DNA of 64,000 nucleotides, from sequence record MW879340.1; one strand, 5' to 3'. The notes below the pieces were generated by a model, which was not told the origin of the DNA, did not search any database, and saw only the letters and a list, made by a program, of their open reading frames with translations. Numbering within the stretch: position 1 is the stretch's first letter; every line of letters starts with the position of its first letter. The position numbers were made by a program, and so were the translations under genes. Positions 61,496-64,000 of the stretch are shown here, piece after piece.

Positions 61496-61636
61496 TCCGA
61501 ATAATAATAGTATGTTAAATAACAAATTATGTTTGACGTACTGTTACCCAGAGTGTTAGCGCAACACATATCCACCTCGTAGCACCTATTCCTGGTGTAT
61601 CGAAAACTTATATAAGTTATTGAAAGGAACAGCATA

Positions 61637-63856
61637 ATGGCATTAAAAGTTCTTCACACCCAACACAGTGCTTCACTGTTTGAGCGTATCAGTTCTGCTG
61701 TGCAGAACGGCAACTTCGTAGCTGGCAAAGATGTTGTCTCCGGCTATGGTCTGGAATCTCTGGACGCTGTTCGTGCTGGCGAGCAGGATACTGCTATCAA
61801 TGGTGCGCTGCATCACCTGGAAGCTTTCAAAGGCACAGCTCTGTCTGAAGGCGTTGAAGCATTCAACGACGAACAGCTGAAAGCCGGTGCGATCGCTGCG
61901 ACTATCGTTGGCGACCTGAGCGGCTACGCGTCATCTCTGAAGATGGCTACCAACCGTGCTGCTGAGAAAGGCGGCTTCCAGACTGTTTCCGGTTCTCGTT
62001 ACGGTTCCGCCAACATGAAACAGGGCTACGGCGCTGAAGCATTTGAGCAGACCCAGGACTTTACCCCGCAGCAGGCTCAGACCATCGAGTACAACATCAA
62101 AGCTGCTAAGCAGGATCCGGTTGGCGAAGCGTTCTTCCCTACTACTACCCTGACTGCAAACGACATCGGCCTGGACGTTAAGATCCCGATCGACATCGTT
62201 GAGCCGTTCATCAAACACAAGTCTACCGGCGAAGTGACTGATTGGCAGCGTAAGAAGCTGATCAACACCCTGCGTGATCCGTCCATCCTGCGCAACGACG
62301 CAGTTAAACTGATCCCGTACAAACCGGCTGACAACAGCAATAACCAGTGGTTCGTAGCTGGCACCGACTTCCCTGAAGTTCAGGGTGGTGAAGACCTGCC
62401 AACTGCTGCGCTGAAACCTGGCGTGCGTATCGGTTTCCTGGGCCTGTGCTCTACTCCGTCTCTGATTCAGAACGGCGTGATGGATCACACTGACCAGATC
62501 GACAACAACGTCCGTCTGCAATACGTGTGGATCAAAGTCAGCAATGCTGGCGGCACCACCGAGCTGTTCCGTCTGCGCACTGATAACCTGGATCGCTCTG
62601 CATTCCAGAAAACTCAGGAAGGCGATAAATTCCAGACTTCTCTGGACCTCGACGTTCTGGCATACCAGCTGAACTCTGCACAGAAAACTGTTGCAGGTGC
62701 TCCGTCTGCGCTGCTGGCTCCGCTGACTGTAGGCAAACAGACTATCGGCCTGGCGCTGAAAGTTAACGGCACCCTGAACCACGAGAAAGGCGACCTGGTT
62801 GTCAACGCTCTGGAACAGCCACGTATCCACCGCGTGTACGACAACGAAACTCGCGAAGACATCACCAACACCCAGGCTGTTAAAGATGAAGTTGCTAAGC
62901 TGACCTTCGAGTTCGCTGGTTACTACATCAAAGCTAACCTGCGTAACAGCAACTTCCGTACCCGCGAACAGCGTATCGACCGCCAGACCAGCAACTACAA
63001 GTACCTGGTCCAGCTCGGCGCGCCTATCACTGCGGTAGCTCCGGCTACTAACGACTGGGGCCCGGTTGAAGCTGTTGCTGTTGAGCAGCTGTCTACTGCA
63101 ACCTACGCTCGTAACTCCGCAATGGCTATCAGCCGTCTGCTGGACTACGTTGACTCCATGCGCTCTTCTGGCATCGCTAACAACGCCCTGTGGCAGCGTT
63201 ACGACGAGAACAGCGTTGAAGGCGTTGGTAAAGCTGTTGTCGACCCATGGTTCGGCGAAGGTGATTACAACATCTCCAAACTGGTGAACTCCACTGCGTC
63301 CCACATGCGCCGTGAAGACATCAGCGAGCAGCTGCTGATGATCATCCGCAACTACGCATACCGCATGAACGCAGAGTCTGGCTACAACGTAGCTATCGGC
63401 CTGCTGTACAACGAACAGCAGCCAAACCTGCTGATCGGCACCGACAACATCATCGCTCAGTACCTGATGGAAGTTGGTGATCTGCGTACCGCTGGTATCT
63501 CCTTCAAAGTAACTGTTGTGACTTCTAACAACATCGAAATGAAAGGTAAGATCATCATGACCCTGTCTCGCCAGAAAGCGGGCGGTCTGGATCTGTGCAC
63601 CTTCGGTATGCACCTGTGGGTACCTGAAATCGTTGCTACCGTTAAGATCATGCGTAACGGTAACTACATCCAGGAAACCATGGTACAGCCGCGTAACCTG
63701 CACGTAGTTGTTTGCCCGATCATCGCTGCCCTGACCATCTCTGGTCTGGACGAGTCCTACACCGGTTCCATCAACATCCCGGTTAGCACTGGTGACCTGG
63801 CTGCGAACATCGCTTCCGCAGTACTGGACGGCCTGAACACTCAGCCTGCTCCATAA
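61637..63856 (+). CDS. major capsid protein (phiKZ gp120-like), with N-terminal propeptide
   Basis: 739 aa, strong codon bias, GAAAGGAA RBS, GLE/GVE/GAE-AF sites, position next to DnaB as recalled for phiKZ. Confidence 0.85.
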   Translation: MALKVLHTQHSASLFERISSAVQNGNFVAGKDVVSGYGLESLDAVRAGEQDTAINGALHHLEAFKGTALSEGVEAFNDEQLKAGAIAATIVGDLSGYASSLKMATNRAAEKGGFQTVSGSRYGSANMKQGYGAEAFEQTQDFTPQQAQTIEYNIKAAKQDPVGEAFFPTTTLTANDIGLDVKIPIDIVEPFIKHKSTGEVTDWQRKKLINTLRDPSILRNDAVKLIPYKPADNSNNQWFVAGTDFPEVQGGEDLPTAALKPGVRIGFLGLCSTPSLIQNGVMDHTDQIDNNVRLQYVWIKVSNAGGTTELFRLRTDNLDRSAFQKTQEGDKFQTSLDLDVLAYQLNSAQKTVAGAPSALLAPLTVGKQTIGLALKVNGTLNHEKGDLVVNALEQPRIHRVYDNETREDITNTQAVKDEVAKLTFEFAGYYIKANLRNSNFRTREQRIDRQTSNYKYLVQLGAPITAVAPATNDWGPVEAVAVEQLSTATYARNSAMAISRLLDYVDSMRSSGIANNALWQRYDENSVEGVGKAVVDPWFGEGDYNISKLVNSTASHMRREDISEQLLMIIRNYAYRMNAESGYNVAIGLLYNEQQPNLLIGTDNIIAQYLMEVGDLRTAGISFKVTVVTSNNIEMKGKIIMTLSRQKAGGLDLCTFGMHLWVPEIVATVKIMRNGNYIQETMVQPRNLHVVVCPIIAALTISGLDESYTGSINIPVSTGDLAANIASAVLDGLNTQPAP

Positions 63857-63877
63857 GCAGTAGCGTAAAAGCGTAAT

Positions 63878-63920
63878 TAGGCTTCACTCTCCTTCGGGGG
63901 AGTGAAGCTTTTTTATGCCG
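63878..63920 (+). terminator. terminator, UUCG loop, TTTTTTATGCCG tail
   Basis: GCTTCACTCTCC-TTCG-GGGAGTGAAGC. Confidence 0.85.
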
Positions 63921-63942
63921 CTCTAATAATAGAAGGTAAAAT

Positions 63943-63968
63943 ATTTGATACCTACATTACTAATAGGT
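63943..63968 (+). promoter_or_regulatory. putative early promoter
   Basis: ATTTGA-TAC-CTACATTACTAATAGGT. Confidence 0.7.
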
Positions 63969-63978
63969 AACGATACAA

Positions 63979-64000
63979 ATGCCAGCACTGGATGATACGT
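63979..64000 (+). CDS. probable start of the next early gene (truncated by the window)
   Basis: ATG after the early promoter and AGGT. Confidence 0.4.

Noticed and set aside
61931-63703. 590-aa ORF overlapping the major capsid gene
   Set aside because: Its translation actually reads from the minus strand (track label is wrong). It is the usual stop-free antisense frame of a highly codon-biased gene.

Overview
A 64 kb segment of a phiKZ-like jumbo myophage (Chimalliviridae-type, roughly 50% GC by eye, probably an enterobacterial host). It is not a bacterial chromosome. Recognisable core genes are a split beta'-type RNA polymerase subunit, the exonuclease/motif-A half of a split family-B DNA polymerase, DnaB helicase, thymidylate kinase and the major capsid protein. 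There is also a long run of inner-head/ejection proteins carrying (S/A/G)-x-E prohead-protease sites, baseplate-like proteins, and a segmented collagen fibre with its chaperone. Between the core blocks sit clusters of small early genes behind a 4-copy promoter motif (WWTTSA-N3-CTACATTACT), plus single AT-richer genes. Best leads: (1) an apparent programmed -1 frameshift at T TTT TTT (10274-10268, minus strand) fusing a 550-aa protein to a start-less downstream frame, resembling a tail-assembly-chaperone G/GT pair; (2) four scattered, otherwise unrelated lectin-like or Gly-rich genes, and more loosely an unannotated 53-aa ORF, that share a short N-terminal M-[LF]-E-x-[LI]-[LF]-[GA] peptide, a candidate docking tag for modular virion display; (3) a family of structured intergenic elements: GGCATAA..TTATGCCG terminators, a promoter embedded in a terminator stem, and a 20-bp GU-rich stem plus an 18-bp palindrome. 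No tRNA, rRNA, CRISPR array, integrase or transposase was recognised. Product calls come from recalled motifs and synteny, not database searches. Some starts were moved from the ORF track to RBS-supported codons.
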